From: Hypanus sabinus
Taxonomy: Eukaryota
DNA length: 64,000 nucleotides
NCBI RefSeq assembly: GCF_030144855.1
Contig: NW_026779196.1
Span: forward strand, 62,001-126,000
Direction: 5' to 3'
Below are positions 62,461 to 64,000 of the stretch, piece after piece. A model generated the notes under the pieces. That model saw only the letters and a program-made list of their open reading frames with translations. It ran no database searches and was not told where the DNA came from. Within the stretch, counting starts at the first letter, position 1; every line of letters begins with the position of its first letter. Made by a program: the position numbers and the translations under genes.

Positions 62461-64000
62461 TATACAGAGGCCACACCATCCCCTCTACTGACTAACCTAT
62501 CTTTCCGACACACCGTATATCCTTATACACAGGCCACACCATCCCCTCTACTGACTAACCTATCTTTCCGACACACCGTATATCCTTATACACAGACCAC
62601 ACCATCCCCTCTACTGACTAACCTATCTTTCCGACACACCGTATATCCTTATACACAGGCCACACCATCCCCTCTACTGACTAACCTATCTTTCCGACAC
62701 ACCGTATATCCTTATACACAGACCACACCATCCCCTCTACTGACTAACCTATCTTTCCGACACACCATATATCCTTATACACAGGCCACACCATCCCTCT
62801 ATTGACTAACCTATCTTTCCGACACACCGTATATCCTTATACACAGGCCCCACCATCCCCTCTACTGTCTAACCTATCTTTCCGACACACCGTATATCCT
62901 TATACACAGGCCACACCATCCCCTCTACTGATTAACCTATCTTTCCGACACACCGTATATCCTTATACACAGGCCACACAATCCCCTCTACTGACTAACC
63001 TATCTTTCCGACACACTGTATACCCTTATACACAGGCCACACCATCCCCTCTACTGACTAACCTATCTTTCCGACACACCGTATATCCTTCTACACAAGC
63101 CACACCATCCCCTCTACTGACTAACCTATCTTTCCGACACACCGTATATCCTTATACACAGGCCACACCATCCCCTCTACTGACTAACCTATCTTTCCGA
63201 CACACTGTATACCCTTATACACAGGACACACCATCCCCACTACTGACTAACCTATCTTTCCGACACACCGTATATCCTGATACACAGGCCACACCATCCC
63301 CTCTACTGTCTAACCTATCTTTCTGACACGCCGTATATCCTTATACACAGGCCACACCATCCGCTCTACTGTCTAACCTATCTTTCCGACAGACCGTATA
63401 TTCTTATACACAGGCCACACCATCCCCTCTACTGACTAACCTATCTTTCCGACACACCGTATATCCTTGTACACAGGTCACACCATCCCCTCTACTGACT
63501 AACCTATCTTTCCGACACACCGTATATCCCTCTACACAGGCCACACCATCCCCTCTACTGACTAACCTATCTTTCCGACACACGGTATATCCTTATACAC
63601 AGGCCACACCATCCCCTCTACTGACTAACCTATCTTTCCGACACACCGTATATCCTTATACACAGACCACACCATCCCCTCTACTGACTAACCTATCTTT
63701 CCGACACACCATATATCCTTATACACAGGCCACACGATCCCTCTACTGACTAACCTATCTTTCCGACACACCGTATATCCTTATACACAGGCCCCACCAT
63801 CCGCTCTACTGTCTAACCTATCTTTCCGACACACCGTATATCCTTATACACAGGCCACACCATCCCCTCTACTGACTAACCTATCTTTCCGACACACCGT
63901 ATATCCTTATACACAGGCCACACCATCCCCTCTACTGACTAACCTATCTTTCCGACACACTGTATACCCTTATACACAGGCCACACCATCTCCTCTACTG
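62398..64000. repeat. 63-bp tandem repeat, at least 25 near-identical copies, continuing past the window end
   Basis: Unit tatacacaggccacaccatcccctctactgactaacctatctttccgacacaccgtatatcct. Confidence 0.98.

Noticed and set aside
62398-64000. CRISPR array, or a repetitive protein (ORF 62802-63326)
   Set aside because: Head-to-tail units with no unique spacers and no cas genes. The ORF exists because 63 is a multiple of 3 and it has a non-ATG start.

Overview
Eukaryotic, repeat-dense window. The repeat repertoire (CR1, Penelope-type 'tgcagatgctgg...gaaacgtcgac' repeats, Rex1/Babar, fish-type L1) suggests a cartilaginous fish, probably a ray; this is inference. The backbone is a cluster of tandem C2H2 zinc-finger genes: ZNF-A (4291-5853, -, 18 fingers), ZNF-B (31099-32739, +, 19 fingers), ZNF-C (49571-50734, -, 13 fingers) and a decayed relic (about 20575-21050, +). 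Each intact gene has one finger-array exon with no recognisable KRAB/SCAN/BTB domain. Each starts at the same MAHQRVH methionine inside a dead finger and has a CpG-rich putative promoter with a CRE+NRF1 module and a splice donor 3-8 kb upstream. B and C are inverted segmental paralogues. All three arrays are hit at their 3' end by a transposon. An LTR supplies ZNF-B's stop codon. A Harbinger, itself carrying a nested full-length L1, supplies ZNF-C's stop. A solo LTR sits in the terminal dead finger shared by A and C. Other content: a young CsRN1-clade Gypsy with a -1 frameshift/pseudoknot cassette, an ERV RNase H relic, an R4/Dong relic, an intact minimal hammerhead ribozyme motif, and two minisatellites, one derived from a CR1 endonuclease motif and showing a 944-bp higher-order repeat. 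I see no clearly new enzymatic system. The most interesting signals concern how transposons edit the ZNF genes. All alignments were done by eye, and boundaries of old repeats are approximate.
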